Below are positions 1 to 12,900 of a stretch of 64,000 bases of DNA, one piece after another. The position numbers were made by a program, and so were the translations under genes. The stretch is from Macrostomum lignano. Taxonomy: Eukaryota. Each line of letters starts with the position of its first letter. The first letter of the stretch is position 1. The notes below the pieces were generated by a model. That model was given only the letters and a program-made list of their open reading frames with translations. It made no database searches and was not told the DNA's origin. Location: contig NIVC01000413.1 of NCBI GenBank assembly GCA_002269645.1, forward strand, positions 558,001 to 622,000, read 5' to 3'.

Positions 1-71
1 GATAGATAGATAGATAGATGGATAGATAGATAGATACATAGATAGATAGACAGATAGATAGATAGATAGAT

Positions 72-102
<31 letters not shown>

Positions 103-114
103 GGATAGATAGAT

Positions 115-158
<44 letters not shown>

Positions 159-163
159 GATAA

Positions 164-213
<50 letters not shown>

Positions 214-214
214 C

Positions 215-253
<39 letters not shown>

Positions 254-279
254 GGATAGATAGATAGATAGATGGATAA

Positions 280-357
<78 letters not shown>

Positions 358-500
358 GGATAGATAGTTGATAGATAGATAGATAGATAGATGATAGATA
401 GATAGATAGATGGATAGATAGATAGATAGATGGATAAATAGATAGATAGATAGATAGATGGATAGATGGATAGATAGATAGATAGATAGATGGATAGATG

Positions 501-551
<51 letters not shown>

Positions 552-675
552 GGATAGATAGTTGATAGATAGATAGATAGATAGATGGATAGATAGATAG
601 ATAGATGGATAAATAGATAGATAGATAGATAGATGGATAGATGGATAGATAGATAGATAGATAGATGGATAGATG

Positions 676-738
<63 letters not shown>

Positions 739-802
739 GGATAGATAGTTGATAGATAGATAGATAGATAGATGGATAGATGGATAGATAGATGGATAGA
801 TG

Positions 803-890
<88 letters not shown>

Positions 891-905
891 TTCTAGATAG
901 ATAGA
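1..905. repeat. (GATA)n microsatellite
   Basis: Read directly; occasional GGAT/AAAT variants; runs off the window start. Confidence 0.98.
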
Positions 906-1657
906 CGCGAGCCTCACTGTACGCGACTAAACTATAAAATATTCATACATGCAAAGAGGGCCAGTGTCAAAATTAAATTAATTAGAGTTTAGAAGGTACC
1001 ATTCCGACGAGTTATGACAGAATTAAAGTACAATTTGACGAAGGTAGCCTGAACATAATTTATTCTATGATTGATGGTCTGGAGCATTTTTAAAGCGTTT
1101 TTTCCAATAATTCAAACAGCTTGCTCTACTGACTTTTCATAGTAGTATTTATTTTAGTCTACCCATTTGAACATCAAATATGACAAAAAATTAAGACATC
1201 AAGAAAGAACACATTAAATATTTCCAATGACCAGCTTACATGATTTTAGCTAATAATGATAGTATTCATAAATTATACAACTAATTAAAAATAGAATAAA
1301 TAGAAAAAATAGACATACGCTCGTAAAAATAATGTACTAGCAGTAAACTTGCTAACTGGCCATCAACACAAAAACTTTTCACTTCCTGTGTATTTTGTTT
1401 TTCACTCAACAGAAAACAGTTCCAATGCAAAAGTATGGGGAAATGAAAAATACGGTTATTATGTAGTAATAAAAAGGAACATAATTGTAGTTAGTTCTTA
1501 TCTTCAAGTCTCAGTCCAGCTGCTATTCGATGCGTGCATGAACAATACGAGCTAATTATATATTAGTGCATATGAAATTCATAGCTATGTAAGTAAACGA
1601 AATTTTCATCAACAACAAGAGCTAGCTCGTATGCGCTAAATTTACTGTCCTCTGAAA

Positions 1658-2579
1658 CACAGATACCAGATTAAAATAACTACAGATAGACCATTTACGC
1701 ACGTTTGCTTAGTGAAACAGTTCAGTAGCAAAGTAGAATGCATAAGCTATTTTATAAAAAAAGGTAGTTAAAACCATTTTAATAGGTTTAAATAGCGAAA
1801 GCTTCTTGAAAGAAAAACAACTTGCTATAGTTTCAGCCGTAATATAAATTGGCCCACGCCTCCGAAATGCGTACATATTAGCTTTATAGTAGGAGGTTTT
1901 GTACGGAGACACGCGGTCGGAGGAGTTCAGGAGGGCAATAACAATTGGGCGGCGGGCCGGGGGTAGGAGGTTTTGTGCGGAGACACGCGGTCGGAGGGGT
2001 TCAGGAGGGCAATAAAAAATTGGGCGGCGGGCCGGGGGTAGGAGGTTTTGTGCGGAGACACGCGGTCGGAGGGGTTCAGGAGGGCAATAAAAATTGGGCG
2101 GCGGGCCGGGGGTAGGAGGTTTTGTACGGAGACACGCGGTCGGAGGGGTTCAGGAGGGCAATAACAATTGGGCGGCGGGCCGGGGGTAGGAGGTTTTGTG
2201 CGGAGACACGCGGTCGGAGGAGTTCAGGAGGGCAATAACAATTGGGCGGCGGGCCGGGGGTAGGAGGTTTTGTGCGGAGACACGCGGTCGGAGGGGTTCA
2301 GGAGGGCAATAAAGATTGGGCGGCGGGCCGGGGATAGGAGGTTTTGTGCGGAGACACGCGGTCGGAGGGGTTCAGGAGGGCAATAAAGATTGGGCGGCGG
2401 GCCGGGGCAGAGGTGTTATGTGGGGAGGTGCTGTCGGGGCGGGCGTTGAGAGAAAATAAATAGGCTTTGTCACATGCACATAAAATTGCTTCTGTATAAC
2501 TTGCTACTGAAAGTAGCTTACACGCAAATGTGCTGAGCGGCCAATCTAATTATTATACGAGCTACTCATAGTATCTGTG
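1658..2579 (+). mobile_element. MITE-like non-autonomous DNA element with an internally amplified 74-75 bp minisatellite
   Basis: Termini CACAGATAC / GTATCTGTG with longer imperfect subterminal similarity. Both ends and the internal unit match the element at 24508-24958 in the opposite orientation. No clear TSD. Confidence 0.6.
1889..2405. repeat. 74-75 bp GC-rich minisatellite, ~7 copies
   Basis: Unit GTAGGAGGTTTTGTGCGGAGACACGCGGTCGGAGGGGTTCAGGAGGGCAATAAAAATTGGGCGGCGGGCCGGGG. Confidence 0.95.
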
Positions 2580-3601
2580 GTCAAAAACCCATAAAAACAA
2601 AAAACCAATTGAAAACAGCAAGCCATCGCAAACTGGAATGTGAATCTCTACTACGAAGCAACTCAAGGCAACTATGATTTTGTGTGAGGAAAAAATCCTT
2701 CAAAAGGCTGCTAAAACAGAGCATGAAAATGGAATGTTAGCGAAGTTAATATATGTTAAATAAAAAAGTTCTTATTTTTTAAGAAAAAATTTCAATATTT
2801 AATTTTTGGCACTGTACACGTAGAAAATGACAGTGATTGAATTATTGACGTAAAAATTAAATTTTAATACAAGCTACTAATAAAAAGCAATAAATTTTAC
2901 ACTTTAGCGGATCACAGATCAAAATTACACTATATTTACAAATAATAAGCATGTATGATTATAGGGTACCGACAATAAATAATAGGATCAATAATGTTAG
3001 AAGAGTGGCCAGCGCTAATATTAAAAGATTGGCTAAGTTAAGGGCGATAGAACTTCAAAACCGTTATACGAGTAATCAATTTGAACACAAAAAATTCCAA
3101 ATTTCAAAACAATTACGCAATAAAACAAACACAACTAAAAACAATTATACAAATTAAAAAACAAAAAATAGTGAATAATATTACAAGAGAGCTGCAAAAA
3201 CATTTTATGAATATTTTCTTATTAGTGAATATTCACTTGATACATCAATAAAAATTGTTTGTTCAAATTTTCGGCGCTGCAGGTCGGACACTGTCAGTGG
3301 CCCTCTTCCAGTTAGAGTATAAAATGGCCTGGCTTTCAGCGCAAGGTCTTGAAGCGTCAGCCGAGGTCACTGTAATTTAATGGTTTTGCAGATCATACAG
3401 ATCTCAAACATGAATGTTGATACCGTTTAAATCTCGAATATAACTTCACGTTCCATTTAGATCCCAAATACCGATTTAAAAGTCCAAATATTCGTTTATT
3501 TAAGCAAATATTGATTTAAATCTCAAGTATCGATTTTATCCCAAAATATCGATTTCTATCTGTAAATATCGATTTTTATCAACAAATATCGATTTTTATC
3601 A

Positions 3602-3960
3602 GGGGGGCCGTAGCCCAACGGTAGCGCAGCTGCTCTGGTGTGCCAGCGACCCAGGCTCGATTCTAAGTGCAGTCACATTAATTTGGGGCTGAACTGGAAT
3701 CTCGGCTTGGCTCTGCTCGTGCAATTAACGGCCTTGAGAGCCAACCCCCCAAGGCGCAGTGAAGTGTACATGCCTAACGATAAAATAAAGTTAGGGCCGC
3801 TGTACACTCCTGTGTGAGTGTGTGCCTGCGTACGTATCTGCGCGCTTGTGTGCCTGCTCAGGGGAGTCGGCGGAATGGGCAGCAATGCCTCTCGCCGGTT
3901 GTTGCCTATGTCGCTTAAAGTGCGCCAGGGTGCACACAACCCCCCTGCCTCTAATAAAAA
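3602..3960 (+). mobile_element. tRNA-derived SINE (full head) with 3' extension
   Basis: Starts GGGGGGCCGTAGCCCAACGGTAGCG (A-box-like) with B-box-like GGCTCGATTCT. The ~190-bp body is shared with copies at 16925 and 55764. The extension ends in AATAAAAA. It sits inside a degenerate ATATCGATTTTTATC repeat. Confidence 0.75.
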
Positions 3961-4059
3961 AATCGATTTTTATCTAAAAATACTAATTTTTATCTATAAA
4001 TATCGAATTCTTGCCCTAATATCGATTTAGACCCCATCAAGACCCAAGATCCCACTCAC

Positions 4060-7000
4060 CTAGTCAGTCCTGTGATAAGTGCCCCTCTGTAGGCCGCGCA
4101 CATCCTCAACGAACTGGCCAAGATTATCCAGCGCCTCGTCGCGATGATCACCGTGCAGATCTGTACTGAAATTGGTGTTCCTCTTGTACCGGTTCGAGTC
4201 CAACGTGATCAATGGCTTCTTAGTGCCGGTGCCCAGAGCGGCGGAGGCAGAAGCAACAGGAGCAGATCGCTGGCTTGGTCCGGAGTCCAGAGTGTCGATG
4301 CCCAGAGCCAGGTTGAGTTTCTCCTGCATTGAGATTGTGTGACTGCCTCCTGTACTGCCGCCGCCGCCGCGGCTGCTGGACACCTGGTGCAGCTGCGGCT
4401 GAGACATGTACACCTCAGGCGGCGGATGGCCAGGTGGCAGGCCGCTACCGCTAGCGCCTGAGGACAAGAGAGTCGCTCTCGTGCGCAAAAACTCGTCGGG
4501 ATCCGGGATGCGACCGCCGCCGCCGCCAGATGGACCGGCTGTGGAGCTTCTGTTGGTCTCTGGTTGAGATAGTTTAGGTCGGTGGTTCCGTTTATACAGA
4601 GTTTTATACTAGCCTGGCATACAGAATAATTACCCCCCCCGGAGACAAGCATAAATAGCATAATTAAAGACATATTTTTAGGACCTGATATGTTTTCGAC
4701 ACTGAAACAAAACACGACGATTCCAACACAAGTCCAGTTGTAACAAGTTGATCCTGACACCTGACACAATTATGACGGTCCTGACACCTGACACAATTAT
4801 ATAGGTCCTGACACCTGACACAATTATGACGGTCCTGACACCTGACACAATTATATAGGTCCTGACACCTGACACAATTATATAGGTCCTGACACCTGAC
4901 ACAATTATGACGGTCCTGACACCTGACACAATTAGATAGGTCCTGACACCTGACACAATTATATAGGTCCTGACACCTGACACAATTAGATAGGTCCTGA
5001 CACCTGACACAATTATATAGGTCCTGACACCTGACACAATTATATAGGTCCTGACACCTGACACAAATATGACGGTCCTGACACCTGACACAATTATGAC
5101 GGTCCTGACACTTGACACAATTATGACGGCCCAGACACCTGACACAATTATGACCGCCCTGACACACAGACATGACTACCCTGACACAATCCGCTCACCA
5201 ACACTGATGCCATAGTTCTGCTGCTGCTGCTGCTGTCGTGGCTGAAAGTCATCCCTCATCGCCGCCTCGGCGCCACCCTGCTGACCAAGCGTCCTACTAG
5301 TCGAAGTTATCGTCGTAAATTCGTAGCCGCCGCGCTGTGTGGGGCTTGAAAACTGCTGCTGCTGCCGCTGCTGTTGCTGCTTTTCGAAAACTTCGTCGGA
5401 CACGCTGCCGACAACGCGTCGATCCAGCGACACAGCCGATCGCAGCGGTACACCATTGGCGTCGTGCGTTTTCGATGGCATAGTTTTCGACTTCTGCTGC
5501 TGAACTCGAACCGCGCCAGTCGAAGCCGAGGCGGAAGACGATCCACGAGGTACAGCCGTACGACGCTGGGGAAACTTCGCCGCTAAATCGACACTGGCCC
5601 CGGTGTCCAAGTCCGTCTCCAAGTAGGAGCCGCCGCCGCTAACGCCCGAGCCTGCGACGCTGCTAATCGATACGAAAGATTTGCCGCTAGAGGCGCCGGC
5701 GGCGCGTTTGCCAAGGTCGGACATAAACGCAGCCAGGTTGGTTTTCTTGCGTCGATGCTCGGCGTAAACTGTTTCCAATTCGTTTAGTTCGGCCTCCAAT
5801 TGTTGGCGAGTGACGCTGAACTCGCGGCTCTCCGGGGCGCTGGCGATTATGTCCGCGTCTACCGAGTCCAGGCCCGACTGGTTGGAGAATTGCCTGCGGG
5901 TTGTACAAGGATTGTCTTAGCTAGTACAGGATTGATACTATCTAGTACAGGATTGATACTATCTAGTACAGGATTGATACTATCTAGTACAGGATTGATA
6001 CTATCTAGTACAGGATTGATACTATATAGTACAGGATTGATACTATCTAGTACAGGATTGATACTATATAGTACAGGATTGATACTATCTAGTACAGGAT
6101 TGATACTATCTAGTACAGGATTGATACTATATAGTACAGGATTGATACTATCTAGTACAGGATTGATACTATATAGTACAGGATTGATACTATCTAGTAA
6201 AGGATTGATACTATCTAGTACAGGATTGATATTACATGTATCTAGTACAGGATTGATATCACATGTATCTAGTACAGGATTGATACCATCTGGTACAAGA
6301 TTGATACTATAAGGTAGCAGTCCAATATTGAAGCCGTCTCAACCGGGAACACGCGCAAAAATCACCTGGCCACATCGCGCTCCTGCTGCTTTCTCAGAAA
6401 GCCGACATTCGCTTTGACAGGCTTGAGCTCGCCAGGCTGCAGCAGGTGCTGGCGATACTCGGACGCAAACATCACATCGTCGCCACTATAAAGCGAGCCC
6501 ATCGAGATGATATTATTAATAAACGTGATTAGTGGATCGTGCAGTTCGATCTGATTATCGATTTCGCGCAATTCGGCCTGCATCCGATCGGCGCCGCGCA
6601 TATCGGGCTGGTGACGCAGCAGGGCCAGGTAATAATCGCGACGGCGCTCTAGGGAAGCCTTCTCCCGGTTGAGCTGGATCAACAGCAGCAGCAGCTCGTC
6701 GTGCGATTTGCCCAACAGATCGGAGGCGGCGATGCTCATGCGTTTGGCCAGGCCGGACACCGGGTACTTGCGCTTGATCTCGTCTAGGGGAGCAGTGGCC
6801 TGAAAATCAGAGTATATATTATTATACTACTTCTGAGTAGACTAAGAGAATATTAATTTCCCAAATTATTGATTTCCTGCAAAGCTTTGGGATCTTAGGG
6901 AATATTAGGAAAATTTAGCATTATCATATCTTTGAGACTTTTTTGAGATGCTTAGGGATTATATTAAGAAGTCTAGGGATATTATTAAGAAGCTCAGGAA

Positions 7001-10000
7001 TTATAAAGAAGCTTGGGATTATTAAGAAGCTTGGGATTAATAAGAAGCTTTGGATTATTAAGAAGCTTGGGATTATTAAGAAGCTTGAGGATTATTAGGA
7101 AGCTTATAGATTTTTATAAATAAGCTTGGGGACTATTAAGAAGCTTAGGGATATTATAAAGAAGCTTGGCGATTATTAAGAAGCTTGGGATTATTAAGAA
7201 GCTTGAGGATTATTAGGAAGCTTATAGATTTTTTATAAATAAGCTTGGGGACTATTAAGAAGCTTAGGGATATTATTAGGAAGCTTGGCGATTATTAAGA
7301 AGCTTAGGGATTATTAAGAAGCTTAGGGATATTATTAAGAAGCTTGGGGATTATTAGGAAGCTTGGCGATTATTAAGAAGCTTAGGGATATTATTAAGAA
7401 GCTTAGGGATATTATTAAGAAGCTTGGGGATTATTAGGAAGCTTGGCGATTATTAAGAAGCTTAGGGATATTATTAAGAAGCTTGGGGATTATTAGGAAG
7501 CTTGGCGATTATTAAGAAGCTTAGGGATTATTAAGAAGCTTAGCGATTATTAAGAAGCTTGGGATTATTAAGAAGCTTTGGATTATTAAGAAGCTTGGGA
7601 TTATTAAGAAGCTTGAGGATTATTAGGAAGCTTATAGATTTTTATAAATAAGCTTGGGGACTATTAAGAAGCTTAGGGATATTATAAAGAAGCTTGGCGA
7701 TTATTAAGAAGCTTGGGATTATTAAGAAGCTTGAGGATTATTAGGAAGCTTATAGATTTTTATAAATAAGCTTGGGGACTATTAAGAAGCTTAGGGATAT
7801 TATTAGGAAGCTTGGCGATTATTAAGAAGCTTAGGGATTATTAAGAAGCTTAGGGATATTATTAAGAAGCTTGGGGATTATTAGAAAGCTTGGCGATTAT
7901 TAAGAAGCTTAGGGATTATTAAGAAGCTTAGGGATATTATTAAGAAGCTTGGGGATTATTAAGAAGCTTGGGGATTATTAAGAAGCTTGGGGATTATTAA
8001 GAAGCTTGGGGATTATTAAGAAGCTTGGGATTATTAAGAAGCTTGGGGATTATTAAGAAGCTTGGCGATTATTAAGAAGCTTAGGGATTATTAAGAAGCT
8101 TGGGATTATTAAGAAGCTTGGGGATTATTAGGAATCTTGGCGATTATTAAGAAGCTTAGGGATTATTAAGAAGCTTAGGGATATTATTAAGAAGCTTGGG
8201 GATTATTAAGAAGCTTGGGGATTATTAAGAAGCTTGGGGATTATTAAGAAGCTTGGCGATTATTAAGAAGCTTAGGGATTATTAAGAAGCTTGGGATTAT
8301 TAAGAAGCTTGGGATTATTAAGAAGCTTGAGGATTATTAGGAAGCTTATAGATTTTTATAAATAAGCTTGGGGACTATTAAGAAGCTTAGGGATATTATT
8401 AGGAAGCTTGGCGATTATTAAGAAGCTTAGGGATTATTAAGAAGCTTAGGGATATTATTAAGAAGCTTGGGGATTATTAAGAAGCTTGGGGATTATTAAG
8501 AAGCTTGGGGTTATTAAGAAGCTTGGGATTATTAGGAAGCTTAGGGATTTTTATAAATAAACTTGGGGTCTATTAAGCAGCTTGGGGATTATTAGGAAGC
8601 TTAGGGATTTTTATGAATAAACTTGGGGACTTGTTATATTAAGCAGCTTGGGGATCATCGAAAACCATTTGGATTTTTTATTAAGATTCACTGAAACGAT
8701 TGCGAATCTTAGACGTTATTAAGGGGATTCCTTCAAAGTTTTGAAAGTACAATGCTCTTTAGAACAAAGCTCAAATTAACAAAACAACAGGCAAAAAACA
8801 CTTACAATCACTTCGCTCTCGTCCATTTGCGGATCCTCGCGAACAGTTTCAATTGGTCGGCGATTGATGCTGAAATTAGACGCGCCCAGGCCGCTGTTGG
8901 GCATGCCGGCAACTCCGTAGCTGCCGCCGCCGCTTCTGCCCTGTTGCTGCTGCTGCTGCTGCTGGGTGCGCGTCTCACTTCGAACTTCGTAACGTCCGGT
9001 GCGTCCCATACCACCGGAAGCTGGCACAGACACTGGTTCCGCTCGAACCATGCCGATACCACCGCCCACTCCCGTGTTGCTGCCGTATTGTAGATTGTAT
9101 TGGACTCGCTCCGCAGAGCCTAGTTAGATATAAATTTTGAACATATATAATTTACTGTATTTTCCCCTATACACTACTTACCGCAGCAATAGAATAAGCA
9201 TTTTATCATTAAAAAAAACAATCAAGATCCACCAAAATAAACTAAATTTCTTACCATCCGTGTAGGCCGCACCGTTGTTTCTAGCACTGGCTGAGATGCT
9301 CGAGTCCTGGGCTGCGGATTAAATTCGCAAACTTCATCAGTAGGAAGGCGACTCTCGATGGGACTGGAGGGCGATTCTTAATGAGGCTGGATGGCGATTC
9401 TTAGTGGGACTGGATGGCGATTCTCAATGAGGCTGGAGGGCGATTTTCAATGGGACTGGAGGGCGATTTTCAATGAGGCTGGAGGGCGATTTTCAATGGG
9501 ACTGGAGGGCGATTTTCAATGAGGCTGGAGGGCGATTTTCAATGGGACTGGAGGGCGATTTTCAATGAGGCTGGAGGGCGATTTTCAATGGGGCTGGAGG
9601 GCGATTCTCAATGGGATTGGAGGGCGATTCTCAATGGGACTGGAGGGCGATTCTCAATGGGATTGGAGGGCGATTCTCAATGGGACTGGAGGGCGATTTT
9701 CAATGAGGCTGGAGGGCGATTTTCAATGGGACTGGAGGGCGATTTTCAATGAGGCTGGAGGGCGATTTTCAATGGGACTGGAGGGCGATTTTCAATGAGG
9801 CTGGAGGGCGATTTTCAATGGGACTGGAGGGCGATTTTCAATGAGGCTGGAGGGCGATTTTCAATGGGGCTGGAGGGCGATTCTCAATGAGGCTGGAGGG
9901 CGATTCTCAATGAGGCTGGAGGGCGATTCTCAATGGGACTGGAGGGCGATTTTCAATGGGACTGGAGGGGCGATTCTCAATGGGACTGGAGGGCGATTCT

Positions 10001-12192
10001 CAATGTGAATGGAGGGCGATTCTCAATGGGACTGGAGGGCGATTCTCAATGTGAATGGAGGGCGATTCTCAATGGGACTGGAGGGCGATTCTCAATGGGA
10101 CTGGATGGCGATTCTCAATGAGGCTGGAGGGCGATTCTCAATGGGACTGGAGGGGCGATTCTCAATGGGACTGGAGGGCGATTCTCAATGTGAATGGAGG
10201 GCGATTCTCAATGGGACTGGAGGGCGATTCTCAATGGGACTGGATGGCGATTCTCAATGGGACTGGAGGGCGATTCTCAATGGGACTGGATGGCGATTCT
10301 TAATGGGACTGGAGGGCGATTCTCAATGAGGCTGGAGGGCGATTCTCAATGGGACTGGAGGGGCGATTCTCAATGTGAATGGAGGGCGATTCTCAATGGG
10401 ACTGGAGGGCGATTCTCAATGGGACTGGATGGCGATTCTTAATGGGACTGGAGGGCGATTCTCAATGAGGCTGGAGGGCGATTCTCAATGGGACTGGAGG
10501 GGCGATTCTCAATGGGACTGGAGGGCGATTCTCAATGGGGCTGGAGGGGCGATTCTCAATGGGACTGGAGGGCGATTCTCAATGGGACTGGAGGGCGATT
10601 CTCAATGAGGCTGGAGGGCGATTCTCAATGAGACTGGAGGGCGATTCTCAATGAGACTGGAGGGCGATTCTCAATGAGACTGGAGGGCGATTCTCAATGA
10701 GACTGGAGGGCGATTCTCAATGAGACTGGAGGGCGATTCTCAATGAGACTGGAGGGCGATTCTCAATGAGACTGGAGGGCAATTCTCAGTGGGACTGGAG
10801 GGCGATTCTCAATGGGACTGGAGGGCGATTCTCAATGGGACTGGAGGGCGATTCTCAATGAGACTGGAAGGCGATTCTCAATGAGACTGGAGGGCGATTC
10901 TCAATGGGACTGGAGGGCGATTCTCAATGGGAACGGAGGGCGACTCTCACCAGTGCGCATCTGGTCGCCGCCAACCTGGCTCCGCTCCACAGTAGTGCTG
11001 GTGACAGTTGTAGAAGCGGCCCGCTGCGGCGGCTGCTGCATCTCGTACTGCTGGCGGAAGTTGTACTGACCCTCGGCCGTAGCCAGGGTGGGCTGGGACA
11101 GCCTCACGGAGGCGTGAGCGTTGGCATCGCCGCCGCCGCCGCCGTTCTCATCGCGATAATTGTACTGGTGATTGCGGGTCACCACTGCGGATTCGAGGTG
11201 TAAGAAGTTTCGTGCGTTACATAAGCTGTCGTACGCAGGTTAAGTGGAACAGGTACTTTGAATGAATGAATAAACGATTCTCAAGGGTGATTCCTGTGGG
11301 CGATTCTCAAGGGTGATTCCTATGGGTGATTCCTATGGGTGATTTCTACAGGCAATTCTTAATGGTGATTCCTACGGGTGATTCCTATGGGTGATTCTTA
11401 AAGGTGATTCCTACGAGTAATTCTTAAGGGTGATTCATACGGGTGAGAATGGGAGAGAGGTGAGAGAGATGGAGATGTGGGAGAGACAAAGAAGCGGACA
11501 GATATGATTTAGACAGGACTAGACAAAAACTAAAAAGGGACACAGCAAGCCTTATCAAGACTCACCTTCAACTCCGCCACCGCCAAGACTGTCTCTCTGC
11601 TGCTGCTGCTGCTGCACGCGGCTAGTGGTGGTCTGCGAGGTGGTGACCACAGCCTGCGACTGGCTGCTGGAGCCAAACTGCTGCCCCTGCAGCAGCTGGC
11701 CACCGCCAGCAAACGAGATGTTCACCTGCTGCTGCTCAGGCTGCAGTCGCTGCATTTGAGCGGCCGAGGCCAGAGCTTCAAACCACAGTTGAAAATCTAG
11801 CGGAGTCTCGGTGCTCAGGTACACAGGCTGCTGATTAACCTCTTCAACCTGGGTAGGGTTTAATTATACATGAGAAGTTACTTTTAAGAGCCGGGCTAGG
11901 GTAGAGGCGGGTTCACAAACGAGTACGACATCCAAGCATGCGACTGGGACCGTATAATCATTCAATCCGACAGACTCAGTGAGCCGCAACCCCACCGCCG
12001 CCGGCTCTCTCTTAGACTTATTCATCAAGAGTAAAGCGCAATTTTTGTGAGTGCAATACCGGTAGCGCTATGCATACACAGCAATTGTGCATGATTTGGC
12101 TATGCGTGCTTGGATTGGAAGGAATTTGATGGCAAAATTCACATTCCAATGTCTATTTTAAATTACATGTACAGATTATTTCCCTTCACGTT

Positions 12193-12226
<34 letters not shown>

Positions 12227-12274
12227 AAGTTAGTTAGTTAGTTTGTTTGTTTGTTTGTTTGTTTGTTAGTTAGC

Positions 12275-12345
<71 letters not shown>

Positions 12346-12346
12346 C

Positions 12347-12388
<42 letters not shown>

Positions 12389-12408
12389 GTTAGTTAGTTT
12401 GTTTGTTT

Positions 12409-12452
<44 letters not shown>

Positions 12453-12490
12453 GTTTGTTTGTTTGTTTGTTTGTTTGTTTGTTTGTTAGC

Positions 12491-12550
<60 letters not shown>

Positions 12551-12576
12551 CTGTTAGTTAGTTAGTTAGTTAGTTG

Positions 12577-12629
<53 letters not shown>

Positions 12630-12634
12630 CTAGC

Positions 12635-12708
<74 letters not shown>

Positions 12709-12728
12709 GTTTGTTTGTTTGTTTGTTT

Positions 12729-12820
<92 letters not shown>

Positions 12821-12836
12821 GTTTGTTTGTTTGTTT

Positions 12837-12900
<64 letters not shown>

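Noticed and set aside
3602-3680. Functional tRNA gene (also 55880-55950 and 26439)
   Set aside because: A and B boxes are present but there is no convincing acceptor stem or cloverleaf, and the heads are joined to a shared repeat body, so these are SINEs.
4060-4068. UGA-CUAG stop-readthrough motif (GAC TGA CTA G)
   Set aside because: It is out of frame with the coding exon, and that frame has stops shortly upstream.
4664-5173. Cys-rich 'VRCQDLYNC' ORF resembling a metal-binding protein
   Set aside because: Lies wholly in the 27-bp intronic array between two well-phased exons.
9325-9345. Hammerhead ribozyme core CTGATGA on the minus strand (also ~25800 and in the 20-mer satellite)
   Set aside because: No stem II followed by GAAA and no flanking helices.
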